NCBI GenBank assembly: GCA_951406725.2
Contig: OX597831.1
Span: 75,330,001-75,394,000, forward strand
Direction: 5' to 3'
DNA from: Octopus vulgaris
Taxonomy: Eukaryota
DNA length: 64,000 nucleotides
The notes beneath the pieces are model-generated. The model saw only the letters and a list, made by a program, of their open reading frames with translations. It made no database searches and had not been told where the DNA came from. This document shows, piece by piece, positions 31,299 through 43,563 of this stretch. Position 1 is the stretch's first letter, and each line of letters starts with the position of its first letter. Made by a program: the position numbers and the translations under genes.

Positions 31299-31630
31299 GA
31301 GGCACAATGGCCCAGTGGTTAGGGCAGCGAACTCGTGGTCGGAGGATTGTGATTTCAATTCCCAGACCGGGTGTTGTGTGTTTATTGAGTGAAAACACTT
31401 AAAGCTCCACGAGGCTCCAGCAGGTGGTGGTGGCGACCCCTGTTGTACTCTTTCGCCCCAACTTTCTCTCACTCTTTCTTCCTGTTTCTTGAGTAACGCT
31501 GCGATGGACTGGCGTCCCGTCCAGCTAGTGGGGAACACATACGCCACAGAAACCGGGAAACCGGGCCCATAAGCCTGGCTAGGCTTGAAAAGGACGCATA
31601 AATAAATAACTAAATAAATAAATAAATGAA
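31299..31630 (+). mobile_element. tRNA-derived SINE, family D variant with (TAAA)n tail
   Basis: TGGCCCAGTGGTTAGGGC A-box and B-box-like sequence. The 3' part (GAAACCGGGAAACCGGGCCC) is shared with 46529-46775 and 51345-51590. Confidence 0.75.
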
Positions 31631-33599
31631 TGTAATATTTATTATTAAACAAGTTTTTCCCCCTCATTATTCACAACCTCTGTATCCGGTTTTCATTGTT
31701 CAATTTCATTGGCTGAATCGTTAGCATGCTGGGTGAAATGGCTGGCGGTATTTCACCTGTCACTACATTCTGAGTTCAAATTCTGCCAAGGTTTGACTTT
31801 GCCTTTCATCCTTTTGGGGTCAATAAATTAAGTATGAGTTGCACACTGGGGTTAGTCTAATCGACTGGTCCCCATCACCCAAAGTTTCAGGCCTTGCACC
31901 TATAGTATAAAGGATCATCATCATCATCATCATCATCATTATTGCTATTTGCTAAACTGTTTTCCAGGCTGTGAACACAGCTACTATCAGGTGATCATCT
32001 TGATTGTTCACGCTCCAAATATTCGTGACATTGTATCTTTCTTTGATATCTTTACAAACAAAAGCATTATCTACCTTTCATCTGTCCAAGGTCGATTCAG
32101 CAAGGTAACAGCCAGGTATGCTGAAGTTGATTAAATTGATTAAATGCCATTCCCAATATATATCCTTATGTCACACCATCTTTTAATGTTCGCTTTTGCC
32201 ATGCTTGTTCGGATCACACAAAATTTGTCGAGGCTAGTTATTTTCTACTTTCAGATGACCTTTTTGTCACCAACCCTCACCTAATTCCATGTAAGGTAAA
32301 TCTACCTGCCATTTTATCACAGAAGATTAGCTACAAACAACGCCACCTGTATAACATAGCTACTTGCTTACAACTATCAAGACAAGGCCATACACAAACA
32401 CACACACACACAAATATAAAATATACATACGTATATGATGGGCTTCTTTCAGTTTCTGTCTACCAATTCCACTCACAAGGCTCTGGTCACCTAGAAGGTG
32501 TAGTAGACAACACATGTCTGAGGTGCCAGGCAACGGAACTGAACCTAGAACCACATGAATGGGAAATAATTTTAACCACACAACCATACCTGTGCTGATA
32601 TTATTATCATTATTATTATCATCATCATTATTATTATTACAATTATTATTAATATCATCATCATCATCATTATTATTAATAAGGCAGTGAGCTGGCAGAA
32701 TTGTTAGCATGCTGGGTGAAATGCTCAGCAGTGTTTTGACTGCCACTACAGTCTAAGTTCAAATTCCGCCGAGGTCGACTTTGTCTTTCATCCTTTTGGG
32801 GTTGATAAATTAGTTGCATATTGGGGTTGATCTAATTGACTGACGCCCTCCCTCCCACCAAATTTCGGGCCTCGTGCCTAGAGTAGAAAAGATTATTATT
32901 ATTATTATTATTATTATTTAAGGTGGCGAGCTGGCAGAATCGTTAGCACGCTGGGTGAAATGCTCAGCGGTATTTCGTCTGTCATTACGTTGTGGGTTCA
33001 AATTCCACCGAGGTTGACTTTGCCGTTCATCCTTTCAGGGTCGATAAATTAAGTACCAGTTCCACACCGGGGTCGATGTAATCGACTTAATCCCATTGTC
33101 CGGCCTTGTTTGTCCCCTCTGTGTGTGGCCCCTTGTGGGTAATAAAGAAATAGGTATTTTGTCTGCTGCTATGTTCTGAGTTCACATTCCGCTGAGGTCA
33201 ACTTTGCCTTTCATCCTTTCAGGGTCAGTAAATTAAGTACCAGTTGAATACTCCTCCCAAATTTCAGGCCTTGTGCCTAAAGTGGAAAGGATTATTATTA
33301 TTATTATTATTAAGGCAGTGAGCTGGCAGAATTGTTAGCACACTGGGCAAAATGCTTAGCAGCATTTCATCCATCTTAACATTCTGAGTTCAAATTCTGC
33401 CGAGTTTGACTTTGTCTTTCCTCCTTTTGGGGGTTGATGAAATGAGTACCAGTTGAGTACTGGGGGTCAATGTAATTGTCTGTCTCCCTCCTCCAGTTTC
33501 AGGTCTTGTGTCTTTTGAAGAAAGGATTTTTATAGATTGTGGAAAGGCGTCCAGCAGGCTGAATCATAAGCGTGCCAGACAATACCCACAACAGTAGAT

Positions 33600-33800
33600 G
33601 GGTCGAGAGAACAGCCTCCTCATCTGGTTGCCAGGCAGTTATTGTATACTCTTGGTTTGATGACACTCGATAGCAACAGGCCACCTTACACATAAAATAT
33701 GGTGGTCTCAGCCTTTGAACTCCAATCTCACGGTCCCTGCAGGCTTTTCTCTCATCAGTGACCTCTTGTCCACATTAACAGGGTTCTCCACCGCACAACT
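33600..33800 (+). mobile_element. Possible degenerate CRE-clade non-LTR fragment
   Basis: QATLHIKYGGLSL*...AFLSSV resembles the QAxLPxxxGGLGL...AFLSS motif of CRE elements. Confidence 0.4.
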
Positions 33801-34251
33801 GAACCATCTGTGAATGGAGTGGGGGAGCATGTGGGTATATGGCCTACGTAACATGGAGCCAGCTCAGCTTGCACTCTGATGGCGTCCATTCTCCTCTGTC
33901 CGCTGTGAACGTCCAGTTCTCTCAAAAGAAACGGGACACCATCCAGTGCAGCATGATTTCAGACAAGTGTGCTGACTTGCCCAGCACCACCTGGCATGTA
34001 TCTGCTCAGCCTCCAAGCCTCACAGCTTAGCTTGGCTCAACATGGTGCCATCACTCATGACTGGCATTCAACTTCATACTCACCATTTGTGCATCAGCAT
34101 TTTCTTGAGGCATGGCCTCCAGATCTGAGAGCCTCGTGAATGCTGCTGTGGATCTGTTGTAGATTCTTTCAGCCTCTGCCCTCTATCATGTCATCATAGT
34201 GCTGGTCATCTTACACACCATGCCACCCTTAATAAAATCATAAAGCATGGT

Positions 34252-34548
34252 CTCTATTGGTCTCTTTTGCCGAACCGCTAAGTAACGGGGACTTAAACAC
34301 ACCAGCATCGGTTGTCAAGCAATGCTAGGGGGACAAACACAGACACACAAACACACACACATACATATATATATACATATATACGACGGGCTTCTTTCAG
34401 TTTCCGTCTACCAAATTCACTCACAAGGCTTTGGTCGGCCCGAGGCTATAGTAGAAGGCACTTGCTCAAGGTGCCACACAGTGGGACTGAACCCGGAACC
34501 ATGCAGTTGGTAAACAAGCTACTTACCACACAACCACTCCTGCACCTA
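34252..34548 (-). mobile_element. SINE family A, 3'-truncated
   Basis: Closely matches 5370-5661. Confidence 0.85.
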
Positions 34549-34972
34549 CATTGCTAAGCATTTTTTCAGTGGGGAAAAAAGATTTTTAAACGTACAATAG
34601 ATACAGGTTTCAGATATGGTTTCTGTCTGGGTTAAATCACCACCACCCTCCTGCCCCGATCGGCTCCTGTGCCAGTGACACGTAAAAAACACAAACTGAA
34701 TGTGGCTGATGCCAGCCCTGCCTTGACAGGCTCCCATGTCAGTAGTATGTAAAAGCACCATCCATACGTGGTCGATGCCAGCCCCCTCTGGCCCCTGTGC
34801 CAGTGGCACGTAAAAAAGCACCCACTACACTCTCAGAGTGGTTGGCTTTAGGAAGGGTATCCAGCTGTAGAGACTCTGCCAGATCAAGATTGGAGCCTGG
34901 TGCAGCCTCCTGGCTTCCCAGACTCCAGTCGAATCGTCCAACCCATGCCAGCATGGAAAACGAATGTTAAAC

Positions 34973-35010
<38 letters not shown>

Positions 35011-35011
35011 C

Positions 35012-35125
35012 TTGTCTAAGTTAGCTTTAACATTCACCATTTTACCACATACGTATGTTGATGTGGAGAGAGTATTTAACCATGTGAATTCTATGAAGTG
35101 AGATGAGTGTAACTGTCTAAGCCAT
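35012..35125 (+). mobile_element. hAT transposase C-terminal dimerisation-domain remnant
   Basis: LSKLALTFTILPHTYVDVERVFNHVNSMK*DECNCLS matches L..LA...L.LPHSNA..ERVFS......RN.L. Confidence 0.6.
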
Positions 35126-36023
35126 GGGAAGGCGAAGAGAAATTTTGAACATAAAAATATGGACTTAACGAAATGGTAAATGTTGTTATGATTGTAAACT
35201 ATGAAGCAAATTGTCAAAGAAAACTGCTTCACGAATGCTTGGAAATCATGTGAAACTGCAGTTTCCACACCTCACAGAAATCTTTGAAAATGTTTTAGAA
35301 TAAAAATGAAATTATGTTAATTTCATTTTAATTTATTACTTTTTTGTCATTTAGTAATATTTTTCAGTGACACCCACCCACCCACACACACATAAAAGAC
35401 CTTTGGAAATATGTAGTGCGTGAGAAGACCCGGCAAGCCAAGTGAGACCATAACCCATGGCCTATGCCAGGGGTGTAACCAGTCCACTTATGCATACCTT
35501 TCCTTCAATGGACACTAAACTCTGCTTGCGAAGACCTGTTGAGGCATGTGAAATCGAAATCAAATAAAATTCGCAAATTCAATGACTGGCACCTGTGCCA
35601 GTGGAGCTCTAAGAGCAACATCCGAGTGTGATCGCTGCCAGAGCAGCTGACTGGCTTCCATGCCGGTGGCACGTAAAAAGCACCATTCAAACGGGATTGT
35701 TACCAGCATCGCCTTACTGGCACGTGAAAAACAATCGAACGAGGTTGTTGCCAGTGCCACCGGACTGGCTTTGGGCAGGTGACACGTAAAAAACACCTTG
35801 AGTGTGGCCGTTGCCAGTACTGTTTGACTGGCCCTCATGCCGGTGGCACGTAAAAGCACCCACTACACTCTCGGAGTGGTTGGTGTTAGGAAGGGGATCC
35901 AGTTTGTAGAAACTCTGCCAGATCAGATTGGAGCCTGGTGCAGCCAACTGGTTTGCCAGTCCTCAGTCAAATCATCCAACCCATGCTAGCATGGAAAGCG
36001 GATGTTAAACAATGATGATGATG

Positions 36024-36054
<31 letters not shown>

Positions 36055-36258
36055 CATCATCATCACCATCATCATCATTATTTAATGTCCGGTGTCCATG
36101 CTGGCATGGGTTGGACGGTTTGGTCAGAGCTGGCAAGCTGAGGGACTATACCAGATTCCAGTCTGATTTGGCATGGATGCCCTTCCTAACAATTCCGAGA
36201 CTCCGAGAGTGTAATGGGTGCTTTTATGTGCCACCGGCATGGGTACTAGTTGCATGGC

Positions 36259-36313
<55 letters not shown>

Positions 36314-38729
36314 GTCTTTATCATATATATATATATATTTAGACACACACACATACACACACACAGACTTTATTGAAAATAATAATCTGATATAATTTAG
36401 ATAATTTATGATAACATATAACACGTATGTTAGTGATACATATTATAATACAAAACCGTATTAAACTACCAAAACCGAACGAAATAAACACAAACATAAG
36501 TGATGAAAGAAATGAAAAAAAGAAAAGAAAGAGAAAAAGAGGAAGAAAGAAAAAAAAAGAAAGAAACATCATCGATTCAATTTTCTTCAATTGGTTGCAT
36601 TTCACAAGGTTTATTTAGAACTGAAATTTTCAATATAATTTTTATAATATCCACCTAAGCATAAATCTATTAATGTAGGTTTTTTACTTAGGTGCTTTTT
36701 TTTAATCTTTTAATTTTATTTAGTGTTTTCTAGCGCCTTTCAGCTTTGGAAACAGTGCTAATAATTTTGAATTGGCAATCCTTGACTAAATGAATTCACA
36801 ATTTTACTTTATAACTGCAGTAAATATCTTCGAGAGTTTTGTCCCTTCAATAATTCTTTAACAGTTATCTCCCTTTCACACATAGCAAAAGAGAGTTAAT
36901 TTTTTAAACTGAAAAATACGTTTGTACAGTACAGGATCCCTTACACGGGTTCCAGAAATCCGGAATGTTCAGAAATCCGGGAAATACTTTAGACAATCCG
37001 GTGCAATACTGCATTCTGTATTGAGTAAACAGACTCTGTTTTCGAAGTTGGTTATTTTGCATACAGTGTGTTTAAAATAGTTTTGTCTTTATTTTAGGTA
37101 TATTAATAAAAATTAAACGTACTCTGCCTTAGAATTGTATTAATGTACATCTGTATCTTTTACCTGTATCATATTCTTTACTTTTCTTCGTCTAATTTTC
37201 ATCCTATAATCATTACACTGTATACATAGTACAATATAATGTATTCTAAGTGTATTACTAACTATCTAATATGCCTTGCTTTAAAAAGTATTAACCCATT
37301 TGTGCTAAAATTTTTCTAGAGAATGAAAATTGTTGCTATCTGGTGAAGCCCACACAGGCCACTTTTGCCGTGATGACCACAATAGAATGGGGAGAGCTCA
37401 TATCCAGACAATTGTGTTTCACTCCGTGACATTCATTGCAGTATGTATGGCAATGACGAAAGGCAATGATGAAAGCCCGAGACCTCTGGAGATATGCTGT
37501 GAATGAGAAGACACGGCAAGGAAAGTGAGATCACAGCCGTAGCCTACACCAGTGTCGCATTAGAGGCCCATTCAAAAAGTACCTTTGAATCACTGGGCGA
37601 CATTCCGTTCTTGGGAGATCTACTGAGTCAAATATATCAAAATAAAATGAAATCACAATCAAATGGAAATTGTAGTTGTGGCTGTTACCAGTGCTTGTGG
37701 CATGCGATAAGCACCATTCATTCATGAGTGGGTCATTGCCAGAACCGCCTGACTGTCTCCCAGTGCCGCTGGCACATAAAATGCACCATCTGAACTTGGT
37801 TGATGCCAGCCACTCACCGCCCCAACTGGCTCCTGTGCCAGTGGCACGTAAAAAGCACCATCCGAACGTGGTCAATGCTAGTGCCACCTGACTGGCTCCC
37901 ATGCTGGTAGCACATAAACAGCACCCAGTACACTCTTAGAGTGGTTGGCGGTAGGAAGGGCATCCAGCTGTAGAAACTCTGCCAGATCAGATTGGAGCCT
38001 GGTGCAGCCTTTTTTTTCTCGATCTTTCTTTGCACCCGTATTTTTGACACACTACGGCAGAAATTGCTTTCACCTCAATAGACATCATTGATTGGTTGGA
38101 ATTGCCGAAATGCAAGAAATTAAACAACAAATAGCTTACAAACTACAGAATTTTCTCAAGAAAGCCAAGAGAAAAAGATGTTTTATAAACACATTCTACC
38201 AGTATACGAAGTTTAAAAGTGTTTAGTTACAAAGAAATTATTTAAAAAATCTGCCGGTCAAAGCGAAAAGATCCCTTGGTTTTCTTTCGGTCTTTTCTTG
38301 GTCTAATTTTGATCTTTTCTCGGTTTCGTCTCTCTGGTCATTCTTGTTTATTTTTTCCCCTTATTTTCCTCCCCTTATCCCCTCCCCCTATTTCCCCCCT
38401 TATTGCAGATCACATGGTTGGGACACAAGTGTCTTTAACCAGGATACTGCCTATAACTAATCTTCCTTCGTCGTTTGTTTTTTTCCTTCTTTCACTTCTT
38501 TTTTGTTTGCTTTTGTCGAAGTTTAATCTGACACAACAACGTTTATCTCCTCCCATTAGGGTCAACTGTCACGTACAACAGGCGTGTGTGTGTGTATGTG
38601 TGTGTGCGTGCGAATGTGTTGTGTTGTGTGTGTGTGTGTGGGGGGGGTAGATATCAGTAGTATTATCACCGTCAACACTACCACGACCACCAAGACTACC
38701 ATGATCAATGCTATCACTCACACACACAC

Positions 38730-38789
38730 AACTACCGCCACCACCACCACCACCACCACCACCTCCTCCTCCGCCTCTGCCGCCGCCGC

Positions 38790-38820
<31 letters not shown>

Positions 38821-38890
38821 ACCACCACCACCTCCTCCTCCTCCTCCTCCTCCGCCGTCACCACCACCACCACCACCTCCTCCTCCGCCA
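38730..38890. repeat. Compound (CCA/CCG/CCT)n triplet repeat
   Basis: Directly visible; source of the poly-Pro and poly-Gly ORFs. Confidence 0.9.
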
Positions 38891-39221
38891 CCATTACTAC
38901 TATCACCATCGCCACTGTAGTCGCTGCTGTCAACACTGAAGGCTGTCGTTGTTATTGTTATTGTCGTTGTTGTTGTCGTTGCTGTAGTTGTTGTTGCTGT
39001 CGTTATTGTCATGTGACTGTGGCCATGCTGGAGCTCTGTCTTTAGTGGAACAAATCGACATCAGGATTTATTCTTTCCTAACCTAGTACTTATTCTATCG
39101 GTGACTTTTGCCAAACCACTAAGCTACGGGGACACAAACACAGCAACATCGGTTCTCAAGTGATGGTGGGGGTACAAACACAGACACACATACACATGCA
39201 CACACATATATACACATATAT

Positions 39222-39471
39222 ACTAGAGACACCTGCAAATAAAGAAATAAAGAATGACTTTTTTCTATTCCAAGAAAAACGATTTTACAAATGCATGTTC
39301 CCACGCCTTTATCGATCGCATTCTCTCCTGCAATCGATTTTTGTAACTTTTTCAAGACTTATACACGCCCTGATACCGTCGGTATCTACCTATCAAATTT
39401 GAGCATGATCGGATGGATGATGCCCGAGATCCTAGAAGACACACACACAGACAGACAGACAGAATGGATTT

Positions 39472-39480
<9 letters not shown>
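39222..39480 (+). mobile_element. Non-autonomous Helitron-like (Lep1-type) repeat; other copies at 47229-47965 and 63199-63560
   Basis: Three similar copies with an AAATTTGAGC..ATCGGAT motif, subterminal (ACAG)n/(AC)n and a GGATTTTATAT end, without TIRs. Class is inferred from architecture. Confidence 0.5.
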
Positions 39481-39530
<50 letters not shown>

Positions 39531-39616
39531 ATTTACAAAAGAAACAAAAGACAAAGACGGGTGTGTAAGCAACAAATAGATGTATTAGTTTATATACACA
39601 CACACACACATATATA

Positions 39617-40170
39617 TGGTGGCTGCCTCCTTGTTATCGGGTATGGCCATTGCACAAAGCTTAATCAATGTTGTTATCATGCAATGCCTGTGCAAGAAGA
39701 TTTTTTTAAAGTGAGGAAAGGCTGTGCACTGAGTCAATCTCACTCACTAAGCAACAGCAGCCATAATCCGAAAAGAAGAACAAGTCAACATCATCGGTAA
39801 CCACTGAGCCGCAGGTTTTATGTCGGAGTTATCCCAGTTACCTGAGTTACCTTCTCCTAGAAGGATGCCCTAACAAAGGCTAGGAGTCCTTCACTCCCAA
39901 TGGTTTAACTGTGCAATCGGGTATTCAGTCCGATTATTTCTATGTCCCCGCGCATGATACAGTCTGAAGACATTTATTGGATGGCCGTTGACTCTCAAGA
40001 GTTCCTCCGCCCTTTGACGGGTTTTGTTTTTCATCCCGCAGGGTGTCCAATAAGCACCCTCCTCACCAAGCAAGCTCGGTGGGGTTGCCAGTTTAGTCGC
40101 CGATGACCTGACCATGCAACAGGTTGTACTGGGTTACATGTTACCAGTAGCACTCGAAAGTGACCTGACA
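39617..40170 (-). mobile_element. RTE-clade 5' UTR fragment
   Basis: Contains GAGTCAACGGCC and CTAGGAGAAGGTAACTC motifs that I recall from RTE 5' UTRs; starts with an HDV-like fold; inserted in TA-rich microsatellite. Confidence 0.55.
40088..40166 (-). ncRNA. HDV-like ribozyme, decayed
   Basis: P1 GGUCAC/AUGGUC, P2 CCAGU/ACUGG, P3 ACA/UGC around L3 ACCUGU, GG for P1.1, short P4, J4/2 CUAA, all in HDV/CPEB3 order. Confidence 0.5.
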
Positions 40171-40236
40171 TGATACACATATATATACATACATACATAC
40201 ATGATACACATATATATACATACATACATACATATA

Positions 40237-40279
<43 letters not shown>

Positions 40280-40376
40280 CGGGAAGGTTTACGAAAATAA
40301 ACAAAAGACGAAGGCAGGTGGAGTACAAACAAATAAATGTATTAGTATGGCGCTGAGGAATAGAAATAGAACAAGC

Positions 40377-40412
40377 CTTTTATGTTTCGAGCCTACGCTC
40401 TTCGACAGAAAG
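40377..40412 (-). ncRNA. Minimal hammerhead motif, A6U core variant, in a Penelope-like repeat (~40280-40480)
   Basis: CUUU-CUGUCGA-A-GAGC-GUAG-GCUC-GAA-ACAU-A^AAAG. Confidence 0.55.
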
Positions 40413-40626
40413 ATACACAGAAAAGAAACAAGGAGAGAAAAAAAATGCGTGTAGGAGCTAATGGTCTATCATGGCGTTCTGACTTCAGGCAGAAGTCAGA
40501 GGTCAGAGGTCAGACGTTAGACACTAGAGGGATAGTAGGGGAGGTAACAGGGTCAAGTGACTTCAAAAACGAAGGTGGCCCCAACACGAAGGTGCGTGTG
40601 TGTATAAGAGAGTATGTATGTGCGTG

Positions 40627-40657
<31 letters not shown>

Positions 40658-40737
40658 ATATACATACATACATATATATATACATATATATATGTTTTGC
40701 GTTCTTGTCCCATTTTATGTTTTTATATATATTTTTT

Positions 40738-40785
<48 letters not shown>

Positions 40786-40901
40786 GCATAGACATGTATG
40801 GTTACACATACACACGCCATATATATATATATATAAACCCATGTTTGTGTATGCTTGTGTATGTAAGTTAAACTTTTAAACCACACAGCCAGGGTGCTTA
40901 C

Positions 40902-41007
<106 letters not shown>

Positions 41008-41714
41008 TACATATGTATATGTACATACTGACATCTATACGTATATATTATGTGCATATGGGGGCACAGGACTTCATGAAACATGTACAACCAAAAAATA
41101 CAAAGTATGAGTTCATGGAATATGAACTATTTTTTCAAACAACGAAAGACACATGGAAAACAAGACAAACAATATAAAGAATGACCCTTCATTAGTTGTT
41201 GACTGTTTTTCTACTCTCGTATTTCGAGCATTTAACAACAATATATGCTTTTGATAAAACAGTTGTTCCCGCAAAGCAAATTAAATAAAATTTGGGATTT
41301 TCTGGAGGGTCAAAATTGGTAACACAAGCAGGACAGTGAAAGCAAACAGGAAGGGCTGCTAAGCCTAAACGAGGTTGTGGTGGCAAACGCATAAATCAAG
41401 CTTGGACAGGAGACAGACAAGAACACCTCTTCCTTGTTTCAGCTACAATGGAGAGAAAGGAAGAAACACAAGTTAGGAGAAGAAAGAAAGATGACCGATG
41501 GTCATGTGGGAGCCACGTGAGCAAGTGAGGAGTAGTGAAGGAGAGAGAGGCAAAGTAATAGGATAAAATAGAGGGAGAAGAGGAGGTAAAAGAATAAGAG
41601 AGAGAAAGAGAGAAAAACAAATGAGTAAAAACATCGTATAGAGTGTGCATCAGAATTAATAAGATGAAACTTACTTAGAAGAGGATGCGTGGCGTTCAGT
41701 CATATAATAATGTA

Positions 41715-42855
41715 TTGGGTTGGCAACTAAGTTCCCGCTGTTTTAAAAAATTTTGGAATTTATTGTGTTTTTAAATTTTGGAATCTACTTTTTCGAGAAT
41801 TCTATTTTTGAATCATTTTGGAATCTATTTTGTATTTTCCTAGTTAATTTTAGTTAATTTTTGTTTATTTTCAGATCATTAAAATGGAATGCCAAGTTAA
41901 GAAAAATGAGCATTTTCAACACCTGCTTCTTTTTGCTTTTAATCAAGGTTCTAAGGCCGCAAAATCTGCTCACAACATTTGTGCTGTGTATGGAGAGGGT
42001 GCCATAGCTGATAGAACCATTCGTGATTGGTATGCCAAGTTCAAAAATGGAAATTTTGACGTCAATGAAGAATGATTAAACCAACTTTTGTACAAAAATT
42101 CTCGTCAAACGACAAGGGAACTGGCAGAGAAAATGGAATGCTCCCACACTGCCATAGAGAAGCATCTTCACTCGATGGGAAAAGTTCAGAAGTATGGAGC
42201 TTGGGTTCCGCATGCTTTAAGTGACAACAACAAATATCAACGAGCCACAATCTCTGCTGGTTTGCTTGCTCGTCACCGCTCAACTCATGGACACAAGCAA
42301 CGATTTATTTACCGAATCGTTGCTGGCGACGAAAGATTGTGCCTGTACATCAATATGAAGCAGCGTAAGGAATGGCTTAGCCCCAGTAAAGAAGCGACAC
42401 CGCGCATGAAACAAGATCTTCATCTGCGTAAAACGATGTTGTTTGTATAGTGGCTCTGGGAAGGGATTATCCATTGCGGATTGCTTGAATGGAACCAAAC
42501 GGTCAACACAGAACTCTATGTTCAACAGATAGAATGACTCAACACAACTATTCAAGAAAAAAGACCTAATCGGCAGCATAGAGTTCTTCTGCTGCACGAC
42601 AATACCTGCCTTCATATCGCCAATATGACCAAGGAAGCCATTCAAGTGTTTGGGTGGGGAGTGCTGTCACACCTGCCGTACTCTCCTGATTTGGCACCAA
42701 CAGATTTCCACCTCTTTCGATCTCTTTCAAATGCTATGCGTGGACTTTTGTTCAGTACTGATGCAGAATTGAGAGCTTGGTTGGATCAATTTTTAGAGTC
42801 GAAATCAGGTGATTTCTACCAACAAGGTATTGAAAATCATTGGGAAGAAGTGACA
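41715..42855 (+). mobile_element. mariner DD34D transposon (mellifera-subfamily-like), right end lost
   Basis: TA followed by left end TTGGGTTGGCAACTAAGTT. MECQVKKNEHFQHLLLFAF..., WVPHAL, IVAGDE, HDN-x34-D with YSPDLAPTDFHLF. Stops and an internal deletion. Confidence 0.9.
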
Positions 42856-43253
42856 TTTTGACTGGCTTCTGTACCAGTGGCACATAAAAAGCACCATCTG
42901 ATCATGGTCGAAGCCAGCTCCTCTGGCTTCTGTACCTGTGGCACGTAAAAAAGCACCCACTACACTTCCAGAGTGGCTGGTGTTAGGAAGGGCATCCAGC
43001 TGTAGAAACACAGCCAGATCAAATTGGGGCCTGGTGCAGCCTCCTGGTTTCCCAGACCCCAGCTGACCTGTCCAGCTCATGCCAGCATGAAAAACGGACA
43101 TTAAACGATGATGATGATGATGATATATATATATATATATAGACAGAGAGAGAGAGAATTTACAAAAAAACCAAAGACGAAGACGTGTGTGTAAACAACA
43201 AACAAATGTATTAGTTTATACACACACACATATATACACATACGTATATATAT

Positions 43254-43347
<94 letters not shown>

Positions 43348-43509
43348 GCGTAGACATGTATGGTTACACATACACACCCCATATATATATATAAACCCAT
43401 GTTTGTGTTTGTGTGTGCTTGTGTATGTAAGTTAAACTTCTAAAGCACACACCCAGGGTGCTTGGTACACATTGTTTTCTTTCTACACATCATTTATTCA
43501 TGTACACAT

Positions 43510-43563
<54 letters not shown>

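Larger units (their letters stand above)
24080..33530 (+). mobile_element. Domain with more than 12 co-oriented SINE family C copies (e.g. 24080-24308, 25270-25440, 27512-27830, 28118-28330, 28368-28575, 28746-28970, 31710-31915, 32680-33530)
   Basis: Recurrent AAGGCAGTGAGCTGGCAGAAT head, GAGTTCAAATTC B-box, GTCGACTTTGCCTTTCATCCTTTCAGGGTCGATAAATTAAGTACC core (resembles a Meta/MESC-type domain, inference), (ATT)n tails. Other elements are interspersed. Confidence 0.8.

Noticed and set aside
36925-37310. Possible pogo/Tigger or piggyBac terminal sequences
   Set aside because: No matching second TIR found.
37690-37930. CRISPR-like regularly spaced palindromic repeats
   Set aside because: Spacers resemble each other, units belong to the RTE 3' UTR, no cas genes, eukaryotic context.
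38569-39045. Poly-Pro (formin-like) and poly-Gly ORFs
   Set aside because: Triplet repeat open in several frames, with no flanking domain.
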